Assembly (NCBI GenBank): GCA_951406725.2
Contig: OX597833.1
Coordinates: 56,730,001 to 56,794,000 of the forward strand
Source: Octopus vulgaris
Taxonomy: Eukaryota
Direction: 5' to 3'
Length of the DNA stretch: 64,000 nucleotides
In this document: positions 37,546 to 51,141 of the stretch, piece after piece
How positions within the stretch are numbered: the first letter of the stretch is position 1
How the letters are laid out: each line of letters starts with the position of its first letter
The notes under the pieces: generated by a model
What the model was told of the DNA's origin: nothing
Seen by the model: only the letters and a program-made list of their open reading frames with translations
Databases searched by the model: none
Translations under genes and position numbers: made by a program

Positions 37546-39992
37546 AAGCCTGGGTGAACAACAGAGTGGACATGGCTGTGCAGTGAGACTGAAGCTGAAA
37601 CAACACGGTTGTGAAGCAAATTTCAGAACCGCACAGTTATGCAAGCACTTACGGCTATGCATCAGCCTATGATTATTATGTGCACCAAATGTTCAAAATG
37701 ATGTGAATCAGAAGATGTGACAAAGTGAGAAATAAATTATCGCTACTTCAGAGAGTGCAGAAGTTACTGAAACCATTTACATTAATATTGTTAGAATTGA
37801 AGTAGATTTATCAAATGTCAATGTAGACATCAATGAGGAAAAACCAAGATCATTTAATTAATAACAATATGAATGCTAGGCCTAAGCTAAATAGAATCCA
37901 ACATAATCTTCAAATAAGATTCAATTTGCCTCATCAACAATTCAAATAAATTGAAATTGATAATAGTTTCAAATGTAAAAACAGTTACATATAGAGATGA
38001 TATTCCAATATTTCAACTCCGATTGATCTTCATGGTTAATGTATTACAGTAATTATAGTGTTCGTTTGAAAAATTTTCGCCTACAGATATTTATAGCAAT
38101 TATAGAAATGAGTGGAGCATGATCTGTTAGATCTGCAATATTAATGAGAGGCTTGAAGTGGTGATTCGCTATCACTTAACTTACAATTCCATTATCCCCT
38201 TTATCTACCTCCTGGTTGCAGAGTATTGAATTTCTACCATCATCTGTCCTACATACCAAACACGGTCATCATTCTGAATCAGTAACACTGTGGGGGATCC
38301 TTAACATAAGTATGCCAAATATTGAAACAGAGCTATAAATTTACCTCTAAAACAGTATTTACTTTTAGATAAGGTGCCTCAGGAATAATTTTCTAAAACT
38401 CATATATACCCTAACCAGAAAACTCTTTGTTCTAAAGCTATTAATATACTGATTATAAAATCCAATTCTTTTTACATTCCAAGAAATAATGAGTAGATTC
38501 TTTATTCTTTCATATTTCAATGCAAAACTCTACATAAAATACTCAATAATTAACATATTACAACTGAGACATTCTTTTACATCCCTTCTCCTAGATTTGT
38601 AGATATTTCATGAAAAACAGAAATATCTCATACATAATCTAGTTTAAAATTTGAAGGGTTTCTCATGCTATTAGATGAGTGCTTTGTGTAGGAATCTCAT
38701 CTTTCTACTTAGTCATTAATTGCTTTAATAGTAAGCTAAGGCCACCCATATCAAAGTGTTCGTATTGAAATTAAAACCTCTCATAACAACACGAATGATA
38801 TTGTGATATTTCAGTGGGTCAACACCAACATGAATATATATAAATATGTAATAAAGTTATATGCATTTTATGAAACCTCTAAAAACACATGACTATATTA
38901 AAAATTAATTGAAAAGCAAAGGCATTCTCCCAAGAAATCTGGTCACAAAAAGGGTTAAATGAATAACCATTATTTGGATATGTCCTTATTTGTCAAGAGA
39001 CATTCCTGAAGTGGTTTTCACCACAATCCAATATTCTGAAACTATTTGCATTCTAAAATGAAATACAAGAAATACAGTTTTTTTTTTTTTTTTTTTTTTT
39101 TTCATTTATCTCTCATTTCAATACTTCAAACAATTATAAATACAGATTAGAGAGAAATTGATTAAATACAACACTAAACATGTAAAACAATTAAAGAACA
39201 CTTTAAAGTATTTTATAATTAATTTCTAAATATTTTAATGGTATGATTCACATATTTTCACAAAAATGCTCAGTACCCAATTATATATCTATATATTGAT
39301 TATATTGAAAAAAAAAAAAACCCACCAAGATTAAGTACATGTTTACGTAAAGATATTGTAATCAAAAACATTATTAATGTTTTTGATTACATTGATTTAT
39401 TATTAACATATAGATGATTATCTGTATATAAAAATACATGAGTTTATATGTATGTATAAAAGCATGGGCATGTCTTCATTTTCTTTTTTAATTTATTTTA
39501 TTCCATGAATTTTATCCCTGTTCAAAAAAAAATATTAATAAATTATATAGTTTTACAGTATAAATGCATAATGGGGTTAGATATTATCAAGAGAGCTTCA
39601 ATTGTTCAACTTTTATTAAAAATGAATATTTATAGAAATATGAATTATGAACATTTGAATAAAATATTATTTTATAATATATTACAATGTTGCCTTTATT
39701 TTACAGCTTTTGTATTTTTATAAGAATATTTATAACAAACCTCAAACATTTATCAAACACTTTTCCCTTGAATCAAAGTTAGTTTGATTTTCATTTACAA
39801 ACCCCTAAAATTTCAAACTAAATGATTGCTTACATTAAAAAAGGACCTCACTCATGTAATAATAATGAAGGGTGGTCAATTGTTTTGTTTTTGATATCAT
39901 GTTTCAGGGCAGTGAATAAAGCAATAGAAAAAATGTTTTGCTTTTAAATAAACTATTTGGTTTCTTTTTGGACAGACCTTGTATACCTAGAT

Positions 39993-40221
39993 AGTTTGCT
40001 GGACATTGTTGTAGAGCTGAAAAAGAGGTAATTTCTACTCTTCTCCTCTGGAAGCCATCTACTCGCAATACCAGAGGGCGCACACTCTCCTACCCTGATG
40101 TAATCTCCAGGGATACAGGCATCCAGCAACAGGACCTCCGTAATGCCATGATGGACCGTGAAGTCTGGCGTAGCATGGTAAATTCCATTGTCTCGACCAC
40201 GGTCGAACAATGATGATGATG
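39993..40221 (+). mobile_element. 5'-truncated LINE 3' end (RTE-related)
   Basis: Matches 43708-43937; 10-bp TSD ATACCTAGAT at 39983-39992 and 40222-40231. Confidence 0.9.
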
Positions 40222-40244
40222 ATACCTAGATGCCATTATCAACA

Positions 40245-40520
40245 ACAACAATATCACTACCTTCATTGTTTTAATATCCTCTTTTCCATGCTTGCATGGG
40301 TTAGATGAGAATACCCTGGAAGGGAGCTTTCTAAGGCCAGATGCCCTTCCTGACACTAATCCATACCTGTTTCCAAGCAAGATAATAATCCACTCTGTCT
40401 ATTGAACTACAAACAACCTGAACATGATTATGCAGAGAACTGGAAGCAAATGATACAGTTTGATGTACCTTTTGTTTACAGAGATCACACAACAAGCCAA
40501 GAAGTGCAGACATGCCCTCA
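40245..40520 (-). mobile_element. RTE-tailed SINE fragment
   Basis: TTTTCCATGCTTGCATGGGTTAGA..GATGCCCTTCCTGAC..CCTGTTTCCAAGCAAG. Confidence 0.75.
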
Positions 40521-41069
40521 CAGTAGACTGCAAGAAAAGAATACCATCCGTGGGACTAGTGAAGCCTTTGTTTACAGTCAGTAAACACACATGAAACGAA
40601 GGGAAATACAAGCTTACTCACACAATATATTATACACACATACACACAGAGGCTTCTGGAGAAGAAATGGGCACCCACAATTTACATTGGCTACAAAGTA
40701 TAGAATTCCGATTAACTCCTTATCAGTAATATCAAGTATGATTACTTCCCAGATACGAGCAGAGCTCTGTCATCTTTGCTTTAAACTAAAACTTGTCTTT
40801 ACTAGATAAACCTCAACTCTCTCTCTCACACACACACACAATTTTAAGCATTGCTTCCCTATTTAGAATTTCTTCTGATTCTTCTGATTCTGCAACAAAT
40901 TCAGATGTGAAAACTAAGTCAATGGTATGAAGAAGTTCCCACAGAGAGATAATCCTTTTTTTTTTTTCTGTTTCAGTCTAGAGGACTATAATAAACAGAA
41001 GGTGGCTAGGAATGAAGACCAGATGGTATGGACTCCAACCTAAATTTTTTTTCTAGCTTTCATCTTGTT

Positions 41070-41450
41070 GACAGAATCCTTGTACATGGTTTGCATGGCA
41101 CTCCAAACCATTCAACATTCATCAAGCTTTTTTAGCAACCATCTGACTACCAAATTTGGCACCTAACAAAAGGCTTTCAGCAGTTCAACACATTCCAGCT
41201 GTAGGACCTTATCCTTTGGTATAAAATACCCCTATAGTTGTGTCTCTAGGCAGAGGCTAACAGTGGTACTATATTCAAGTACAAACCTAAATTGCATTTC
41301 ATCTAAGTTTTCTTCCAAATTAATAGTACTATATAATGCTATCTGGTATTTGTAACCTATTCCATCAATTTGATATCTCTTCAAGTCACTTTCCATGTCA
41401 TAGGTCTTTATCTTCTTTTCCTTGATAAAACTTCACCTAGTATTTCTTTG
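41070..41450 (-). mobile_element. Highly decayed RTE RT N-terminal fragment
   Basis: Minus strand LDEMQFRFVLEYSTT..KDKVLQL..VELLKAF..VPNLVVRWLLKKL. Confidence 0.65.
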
Positions 41451-42004
41451 AATAATTTCTAGCCAAAGAATCTTTTAGTTCTCATATCTTTCTTTAGATT
41501 CATTTATCATTGCAATACGAAGCCATCTGCAAGAAGGCTTCATAGAAACAGGTTCTTTTGCTCAATTCTGATTTTAGTGAATATATAGAGATAACAATTG
41601 CTATATATTGTGTGTGTGTGTGTGTGTGTGTGTGCATGCACACAAGCATGTGCTACTGTGAATGCAGTATCTTTAAGACATCATGTATGTGAATCAAAAA
41701 GAAGATAGTATGTAATATTACTGCAAAGATGTATGCTTCTGAATGCACAATTTTCTTTCCTTTGTGCACTTGTTTTTACAAGTGCACAAAGGAAAAAGAT
41801 TGTGCACACACATGAGGTTTTCAGTATGAAACCAAACTTGCTTTCATTGAAGGAAATAATCACTTAATTTCATCATAACATCATAAAAATACACATTTCA
41901 AGATGCTGCGCATTTTCTTAGGTTATCAATATGGCATTTGAGCAATGGTTACTTACACAGATATGCACATATTTGCAAAAAAAGATAAAATATTACACAC
42001 TTGT

Positions 42005-42035
<31 letters not shown>

Positions 42036-42162
42036 AACTCACTCACAAATATCCACACATACACTCATATACTTATACATATATTATATCCATACACACA
42101 TGCATACATACACATATGGGCATGCACACACATTCACACACACACACACACATACACACACT

Positions 42163-42301
42163 GCATGATTAAGAAGCTCACTTCAGGACTATGTGGTTTA
42201 GGGTTTGTTCCTACTGCACAGACACTGCTGGGCGGAGTCTGCTGATGTAGCAGTGAGTTAACCAATGCCTTGTGGGTGAAAATTGGTGGGATGAATCCTG
42301 C

Positions 42302-42379
<78 letters not shown>

Positions 42380-42665
42380 GTGTGTGATGTGTGAGTGAGC
42401 ATATGTTTCCCCTTGAGCGAAATAAAGAGAGCTAATTGTAAACAAATTAACATTCTACAAATAGTGTCATTTGTTCATTATCCTTAGTGAAAGTATATCC
42501 AATTATGCTACTGTTTTTTGTGTGATGTTCTAAATATTACCTAGATGGAAACACAAGAGAGTTGGCAACAGGAAGACCATCGGACCATAGAAAACTCTGC
42601 TTCAAGAAAGTTTCATCTGACGCATGCAAGCATGGAAAAGTAGATGGTAAATGATGATGATAATA
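42163..42665 (+). mobile_element. Degenerate CORE-head/RTE-tail SINE
   Basis: Decayed head, (TG)n, TTGGCAACAGGAAGACCATC..GCATGCAAGCATGGAAAAG..GATGATG. Confidence 0.65.
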
Positions 42666-42897
42666 ATTACAACAAAGACACCATTTGGGAAAATACTTCA
42701 GCAGTGAAACAAATGTACAACTCTCAAAGATATTTATATAAAACTACACACACACACACATACACACATGCAATACACACACATGTACATATAGATATGT
42801 AAACACGTGTTTACATGTTTACTCACACAGACATGCACACACAAATATCCATGTGTGCACATGTATACATACACCCCTGCATATACATACATAAAAA

Positions 42898-43425
42898 CCT
42901 TGTCAACCATCCTCACTATTGTAACTAAAAGCAGAACAATTGTCTCTGATGCTCTAAATCTTTTGAAAGGAATATTCCGAGGAGACAGACTGTCTGTGAT
43001 TCTGTTTATTTTGGCTCTAAATCCACTGTAATTTCTTTTACAAAACTAAAGTGGTTTTGTGCTAAGGTCTACAACAATAAGAAACAACAAATGTAACCCG
43101 TAATTTCTTTATTGTTGATAATGATCTACACAACTCTTATTGTGAAATGACTGGATTTAATAACAATGTTCTCAGCTGATATAAGGATGGAATCTGGCCA
43201 AAAGAAATGTTCATATTGGATGGTGGAACATGAGAAAATTCATTTCTCAAAGCAAAGTTCTTTACATTAATAGCAGCCATCACTCAGCTGTTCCACACAA
43301 TGAGTGCTGCAAATACACAAGTATTGCTGGAAATATACCTTATACAGAAGAACAAGCGTAGAGTGACCAAAGATTACTGCACCAGCTTTTAAAAATTTGG
43401 CAAAATGAGCTTTCCTCTTACACTG
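42898..43425 (+). mobile_element. R4/Dong-like non-LTR RT fragment, decayed
   Basis: KGIFRGDRLSVILFILALNPL*FLL..LDLITMFSADIRMESGQKKC..RVTKDY..KIWQNELSSY. Confidence 0.75.
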
Positions 43426-43534
43426 TTGTTATCAGCAGGCATGGAAATGGTAATTCAAGATGTTGCTGAATGATTCTCATTCAGTGCAGGGTAGAGAGAG
43501 ATAATGAATCTTATGTAAATTCAACAGGGGGGAC

Positions 43535-43937
43535 AAGCTACTGGAAACCTGGACGTTATCAAAGAAGCTTGAGAGGTGGTTGGATGGAACCTACACTCGC
43601 CTCCTTATGAGAGCTCAAAATCTTTTCTGGAAGCGTCATCCAACCAAAATGCAAATATATGGGAAACTGCCACCTGTGTCATCTCTTGTGAAAGGTAGGA
43701 GAGTCCAGTTTGCTGGACATTGTTACAGGGCTGAAAACGAGGCAATATCTACTCTTCTCCTCTGGAAGCCATCTACTCGCAACACCAGAGGGCGCACACT
43801 CTCCTACCCTGATGTAATCTCCAGGGATACAGGCATCCAACAACAGGACCTCTGTAATGCTATGATGGATCGTGAAGTCTGGTGTAGCATGGTAAATTCC
43901 ATTGTCTCGACCACGGTCGAACAATGATGATGATGAT
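43535..43937 (+). mobile_element. LINE ORF C-terminus and (TGA)n tail (RTE-related)
   Basis: ETWTLSKKLERWLDGTYTRLLMRAQN..RRVQFAGHCYRAE..LLLWKP..AMMDREVW; open frame ending in the tail. Confidence 0.88.
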
Positions 43938-44049
43938 AGCTAAAAAATCACAGCTGTATGGTAGAAATGATTGTTAAGAATAGGAAGTCAGTGTCAGTGG
44001 TACCAGAGATGCCATCATTGTTAGCCATAAACTTTCACTTGCATTTGCA

Positions 44050-44270
44050 GTAATTGCGATAACAAGTATCCCTTATATCCTGTTTCATCATCAGTGTTCT
44101 AAGTGCATCACCAATCACAGCATCACTGGTCCTCCAACAGGATTTTGACCATGTTTTTGGAAGAACTCTATGGTTTATCATCTCATACATTGGGTTTCCA
44201 GCTGATAGCTTGGTCAACATGCCAATCTGGATGTTTCAGACAGTGTCCATCAGGCTGTAGCTGGGCTTCT
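44050..44270 (-). mobile_element. Diverged LINE C-terminal fragment of the same clade
   Basis: Minus strand LQPDGHCLKHPD..QAISWKP..ILLED..ALRTLMMKQDI. Confidence 0.55.
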
Positions 44271-44286
44271 TGCTATCTATTTAATT

Positions 44287-44519
44287 AAGGTGGCGAGCTG
44301 GCAAAAATGTTAGGACGCCGGGCGAAATGCATAGCCGTATTTCGTCTGCCGTAACGTTCTGAGTTCAAATTCTGCCGAGGTCGACTTTGCCTTTCATCCT
44401 TTTGGGGTCGATTAAATAAGTACCAGTTACGCACTGGGGTCGATGTAATCGACTTAATCCATTTGTCTGTCCTTGTTTGTCCCCTCTGTGTTTAGCCCCT
44501 TGTGGGTAGTAAAGAAATA
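44287..44519 (+). mobile_element. SINE family B, full length
   Basis: Matches the reverse complement of 3176-3408 and 11388-11620. Confidence 0.93.
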
Positions 44520-45469
44520 TATCTAGGTAGATTACTGGAATTTCACCAAAAAAATGCACATTTTCTGTATCTATTTAATTAATAAAAGGACACATCAGGC
44601 AATGTAGTTCTACATAGCTCTAAAAAGACAAGATTGCCACAGCTGATATGCATTTAATTATAGATTTGCTCAATAAAGGCTGGCTTGAGTCTATGCAACA
44701 ACAACCTATTATTTTTCACAGTTGAAAGTATCAGCTGTGAGGGGTGTTGTACAACTGAGAAGTGATTTGGTAGTTTGAAGTTCTGGGCTTAAATCCACCA
44801 TGGACTTAGAGAAACTATTTCATACCAGACTGATGGATGTTATTCTCCACTGAAGCTAATACATCAAATCACCCATTGATAAATAACATTGATACAGACT
44901 TTCTAAAACAACAAATATCATTATACACTATATATATCTTTTATTCCTATTCTATTATTAGTCCACATTTTGTACAGTGTGCTGCTTTATAATTATTGTC
45001 AAAATAATGAAAATTGTTTCTAACATTTCTGATAATAATATTGTTATTTTTACGTGGGTGTAAGACTACTAGATGTGAGAATGGTAACTTTTAATGCTTA
45101 AACCTTTTCCAAAGACATTATCAATATAATGAACTGATATTAGAATCAAAATCAAGCCATAGATATAGATTGCCAGGAGCCTATCTCTAAATATGGTGTA
45201 TGCTGCATACAACAGTTATAATAATGATTTCTCACATTGACATGAGGTCTGGTTATAGATTTATTGACAATGGGTAAAGATCAATTGAATCAATGCAAAT
45301 ATACTACAGGTTCTTGTTTTATCAACTTTGAAATATTTCAAGATAAAGTTGATATTGATAGAATTTCAAATCTAAATATACATATAGATTAAGTTAAGTA
45401 TAATTAGGTTTGGGTAACTTCATTAATAGTAATTTCTCATAGGCACAAACAAGATCTTAAATTTAAAAG

Positions 45470-45640
45470 AAGTGTAAAGGCAATATTATTGAGTCCAGTA
45501 CTTTGATAATATTTAATTTATTGACCTTAGTAACAAAGATAGACAAGCTTATCTTCAAAGAGATTTACACTTAGAACATAGAGACAACTAAATACCACAA
45601 GACATTTTGTCTGTCCTTCTACTAAATCTGCCAATCCAAA
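45470..45640 (-). mobile_element. Old family-B-related SINE remnant
   Basis: TTTATTGACCTT..ACTTAGAACATAGAG..AAATACCACAAGACATTTTGTC..TCTGCCA parallels the family B layout. Confidence 0.5.
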
Positions 45641-45958
45641 GCAATAATATATCATTTTTTTTTCCTACATGTTTGAGATTCTGTGTGGGAGTTATATTAA
45701 TGGCATTCTTAAAAAGCATTAGTGACATCAATGTGAAATTAAATAATAACATTAACAACAATGACAACAAAAATGATATTAAAATATCTTGTAATAATAA
45801 ATTAAAATATAAATAGGTGGCTGAAAATAAAAAAAGATCAGAAACAAGAAAACATATTAAAAAATACAACTTTGAATTATGAAATATGTTCCATAAAAGT
45901 AAACATCTTTATCATAATAACACTTCTATATCCAGGCATAAATAACCAAAACAAACAC

Positions 45959-46030
<72 letters not shown>

Positions 46031-49000
46031 CTGCTCCCTCTCTATCTCATTCAGTATATATGTGTGCATCAATGTATGTGTGTACATTGATACTTGCTTG
46101 TGGAACAAATTTGACCACACTTTGCAAAAGGACTAAACACCAATGAATTACATAATAGCAAGTGAATCACTTGATATAATAATTAAAAGTCTATATATTG
46201 CGCATGTACATCAGTTACTCTCCAAAAATGAGAGGTTATCAAGCACCATGATAACCTGTCATATTTAGATAGAAGTAGATGGTTACATGTAGCATTTTAA
46301 AATTTTAACTATTAAATATTATATATATTGTGTCAATATTTATGAGTGTGAATATGTATTTGCATGTGTGAATACATTTGTGCATATGTATGTGTAGCTA
46401 AGTAGTGAGAGAGAGAGAGAGGGGGGAGATAAGAATGGTGTACATACAGATATTCATGTGCATACTTTCATACAAATTTAATTACAAGTCTTTCAGGGAA
46501 ATGTTAAGTTAAGAAAACATTTTTTTAAAAAATATACTGGAATCAAAGAAATGTGCTGGCATGTGTAATTTAATAAAGATGAAGAAAAAAAAGAAGAAGA
46601 AAAAGCATTTTTCAATAAGATGTTTCCACAATCAATTTGATGCACATCTATTTATAGAAATACCATTAATACTTTCAATCAAATGTTAAAAGCCATTATT
46701 TCATATGAAGACAGAAAAATGTTATTGCTAGATGTTTGCCATGCATTATTAACAAGTTGAAACTGTTCTAAAACAAGAGTTATATATCAAAGTGAAATTA
46801 GAAAAATCAAAATTGAAAAAAAAAAAAAAAAAAAAAAGGAAGGAAGAAAGAAAATCAATTTAACGAAAATAAAAGTTTATAAAATATATTTGAAAATGTT
46901 TAATTAAGCTGTTTCACAGATTAGTTGCAATTTTTTATGCAGAAATTGGAAATAAACCAAAGAAAAATATTCTGTCAGTTTAACCTTTATAACAACCACC
47001 AACATGCAAGAAGATAGGGTTGAAACAAAAAGGTCGAGCTCCTTTTTTACATATTTTTTTAAGGCTAATTAGGATCTAGCTGCAATTAACAATATGTGAA
47101 AAAATATATTTTCAATTAATATGTTCACATTTTTTTTGCTGATATCAATTAAGACTAAACTTGAGATAATTATTGAAATATTTTCCCAGAAAACTAATTA
47201 GATACTTTCTAATTTAAATATTAATCTGCTTGGCAATAGCTGCTCTTCCTGAACAAATTTCTTAAATGGTCCAAATTCAAAGGGAAATCTCACAAATTCA
47301 TAACAAGAATTTTCATTGTAATCTAATATACAGAATGAAATTATAATTTCTTAAAAGGTCAGTAACTTTAAGGCTAAGTTCACAATAACCTGTATCATAT
47401 TTTCATAGCCTTTCATTAACATCTGTGAAACAGGGGCTACTTAGTCAAATTAAAAGTCTAATGTTATTGATGTATTACTAATGAAGTAATGCTGAAACTC
47501 TTGAGAATTCAATTAACTTACAAGATATATGGTTTTACAATTGATCTAGTAATGAATTTTCTTAAGAAGCTTTGATGTAACTATCACTTCTGCTATGTTG
47601 ATTATGTGTCAGTAAATCTGCAATCGTTCTTGGAAACTCAAGGCTAATGAAGACATCACTAACTCATCAGATATTCAATGTTTTTGAAAATCAGCAATTC
47701 GACTAACATGGTTTCAATCATCTTTATAATTTGTATCAGTTAATTTAGCTCAGCATAATACTTCTTTTCTATTCTGGCTTCACTGACCATAACTCTTGCT
47801 CACACTCAAAAGAAAAGTATTGTAATACTCCATTTAATAAAGAGCATTAAGTAGGAAGGAATAAAAAAAAAATTTTAATGCAAAATTTTATCCTCGACAT
47901 AAATAAACAAGCCCTTTGATATAGCATTTTTAAATTTAATTCTAAATTTTGATGCCACTTCAATTCACTCCAGAAAATTTTCTCTTAAATTTTAATTGCA
48001 CTATTAGTGACAAACATTAAGAGAGTAATTATTTCACATGCAGTTGCTGGTTTCCTTAGATAATTACTAGCAACTTCACAATTGTCAATCTCAAATGACA
48101 AGTAAGATGCTTCTGAGATTGACAATGTATCTAATGCTATGATATTCTTATCTAACACTTGAGATAAATTCCAGTTTGATTATTTATTTAGCCTAAACTT
48201 TCTTTTGTGAGCCACATGGACACTTTTCTTTTACCAAGAAATTATTGACCCTAACAATAAGAAGCCATCATTCTCTAAGATGCAAAAATCCAAAATCCAC
48301 AGAAGGTGTTCACAAAATGATATCTGAATTGAACAGACAAGAACCGACAATGATTATTATAATATAAAATGAAATTGAAGGTCGAAAAATATAGCACCTT
48401 CAATTTAGCTTATACCAGTAATGTTCTACATAAAATGCTTCTCAAATCCTACATGATCATTATTTTTGTGGTTAATACTTATCCATGTAAAACCATATAA
48501 ATTGCTTTGGTACTCTGAAAGCTGGGGCTAATGATATTCTAAGCAGCCCACATATTGTTGTATTCATGAACATGACAATGTCTCCTATTAACTAATAATC
48601 TGTTAATGTCTTTGCACAATTGCTTCATTCCAACCAGTCCAACCTTATTGTTGTTACTAATAAAGGAATGTAATGATCTGCTGTGAAGTTCTTGTCAAAT
48701 AATTGATTATCCAATATTCGCTCAAAACTGACTCTTACATCACAAATACCTTTTGTTACAACTTTCGACTTCTATCATAAATTTGGGAACAATATATCAC
48801 AAGACTTTATGTCAAAGGCTTTCAGATTACCAACAATATTAATAATTTTTATACAGATTACACACACACACACACACACACGCGCGCGCATAGTATAAAC
48901 AAGAAAAGTGAATGCACATTGGTGAAATAGGAGAAAAAGACTATTCAATGCAAAAAAATAGTGATATAATATTATTCATTTGAAGTTGAAGCAGCTTATA

Positions 49001-49084
49001 TATAAGTCCATATTCAATAGTGTGATTGTGAAGGTGCAGCTTCTGACACTATATATATGTGTATTTATATATATATATATATAT

Positions 49085-49209
49085 ACTTTGATACTTTGAT
49101 ACTTTGATAGGTTTCGGCCATTATTGGCCCAGGCCATGTCTAACTTAATAGCACCATATATATAAATCTCCAGCATGGCCGCAGTCAAATGACTGAAACA
49201 AGTAAAAGA

Positions 49210-49210
<1 letters not shown>
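49085..49210. mobile_element. Two divergent SINE/LINE tail fragments
   Basis: Minus tail CATGGCCTGGGCCAATAATGGCCGAAACC(TATCAAAG)3 and plus family A tail CAGCATGGCCGCAGTCAAATGACTGAAACAAGTAAAAG. Confidence 0.6.
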
Positions 49211-49244
<34 letters not shown>

Positions 49245-49851
49245 CACACACACACATACACACCACACATATCTTGGTTTTAGAATAAGTACACTATGCC
49301 CCATGTATCATAAGAAGTGATTAAAAGTGTCGTCAAAGAAGGATATACAGGTGTATAATATTGCAAGAGAAAATCCTATCAGATGAAATGTGGACATGAA
49401 ATGTGGACATGAAATGTCCACATGCTGATGATGGTGCTGACAATGCTTGTGTAATTCAAGTCAACACATTATTGTTAGGTTCCTTTTCATGTTTAATTGA
49501 ATTTAATTTATATCCAGCATACACTGGGTTTGCTTCCGCTTTTGTTTATTAATAATTACGAGCCTTCTTTAGAAAACGTTTAGATCACAAAACAGAATGG
49601 AAAGAGACAGTTAGAAGACAAAAGTTAAATTTACTGCATTTAGAAAATTCAAGTTAACATCTGATCTGTATTCATTTCAAATTTTATTGGTTTGCCTTAA
49701 GATTCACACCCATCATATACTGACTTAGTGGAAAGCCTGAGTGACTGGTGAAGCAGTATCATCAAATGTTTCCTTCTAGAGCAAAGGAGGTAGCTACAGA
49801 AGTATCAATCAAACTGATGATATATGTCAAACATCACACACATGCACACGC

Positions 49852-49912
<61 letters not shown>

Positions 49913-50299
49913 CTAGCAGTATCGCCCAGCGTTGCTCGGGTTTGTTTCGACCCTTTAGAATTGGAATTTTTGAAAAGTAAAAATTTTGCATTATGTAGCT
50001 TGTTATTCTCTTTAAGTGAACATTTTTCTGGTTGAAATACACCGAAAAATGGCGATACAGCAGTTAAAAAATCGTAAAAAATAGGGATTTTCATAGAAAA
50101 AAAGCACCTTTTTGATGTAAATAATTTTTGGTCTTAACATGGTCCGATTTGAATTTTATCTTCTACAGAATGAAGAGCAAGCCTTCTATCATACTCTCAA
50201 TTTTGGTCAACTTGCAGCGCAGGGTCTCAGAGGAGATAGTGTTAGTTGAAGGCTACCAAACCTGTCACACACAGACAACTTCAGCTTTATATATATAGA
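49913..50299 (-). mobile_element. Non-autonomous Helitron
   Basis: Minus strand A|TC...CCCGAGC-AAC-GCTGGG hairpin..CTAG|T; inserted between A and T in a (TA)n tract. Confidence 0.85.
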
Positions 50300-50313
50300 T
50301 ATATATTATTTAT

Positions 50314-50359
<46 letters not shown>

Positions 50360-50680
50360 TAGACACACACGACCACCATAGCTATCTCTCTATTTATCTA
50401 TCTGTGTGTGTGTATTTGTGTACCTTTCTTCTTCTACTTCCACTTTTCCACTTGTGTCGCCACCACTTACACCTACACAGACATTCATTCACTACTTCTC
50501 AACATGCCTGACTTCTTCCCTTCTCTAGATCTTTCCTTCTCCTATGTTTCCGACAAAGAGCTCCGCTCGAAACGTTAAACCCTCCTTCTTTCCTTCTTTC
50601 CTGAGCGTCCAATAATACTATATTTGTTCCACGTCCTCGCGTTGATGTGTCTTTTTGTACTTTCCTGTTTGGATTAACTT
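50360..50680 (+). mobile_element. Penelope-like terminal fragment with decayed minimal hammerhead (50546-50580)
   Basis: GTTT-CCGACAA-A-GAGC-tcc-GCTC-GAAAC-GTT-AAAC; flanked by (TA)n. Confidence 0.65.
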
Positions 50681-51039
50681 TATATATATATATATATATA
50701 CATACATACATACATACATACATACATACATACATAGTGTTGTGTATGTGTGCAAGTAATACATATCACACACACACACACACACACACACATACATGTA
50801 GACATACATATGTTGTGAGTGGGATATATATATACATACTTAGATGCATGCCAATACAGAACAGAATGAATATAGCATTAGATTCTCATCTGACAGCTCA
50901 CATGACTCCCTCATCATCTATTTTCCAGGTAATTTCTTAAAACCTAATAATGATTATATTTTGCAGTTTTAGAAAATTAGCTAGTTAATTATAGAAGCTA
51001 TTAATGCTGATGCTTTGGAAATGATACGGGAATTATTAT

Positions 51040-51098
51040 TAATTTTCAATAACAATAATAACATCAATAATTATAATAATTGATATTATTATTATTAT

Positions 51099-51141
<43 letters not shown>

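Noticed and set aside
37060-37672. Long poly-Pro/Ser/Glu/Gly ORFs on both strands
   Set aside because: Stop-free low-complexity repeat attached to a SINE tail; open in all frames with no splice or domain evidence
44075-44100. Minus-strand CTGATGA-T-GAAAC
   Set aside because: No stem II or matching stem I; lies in decayed LINE coding sequence
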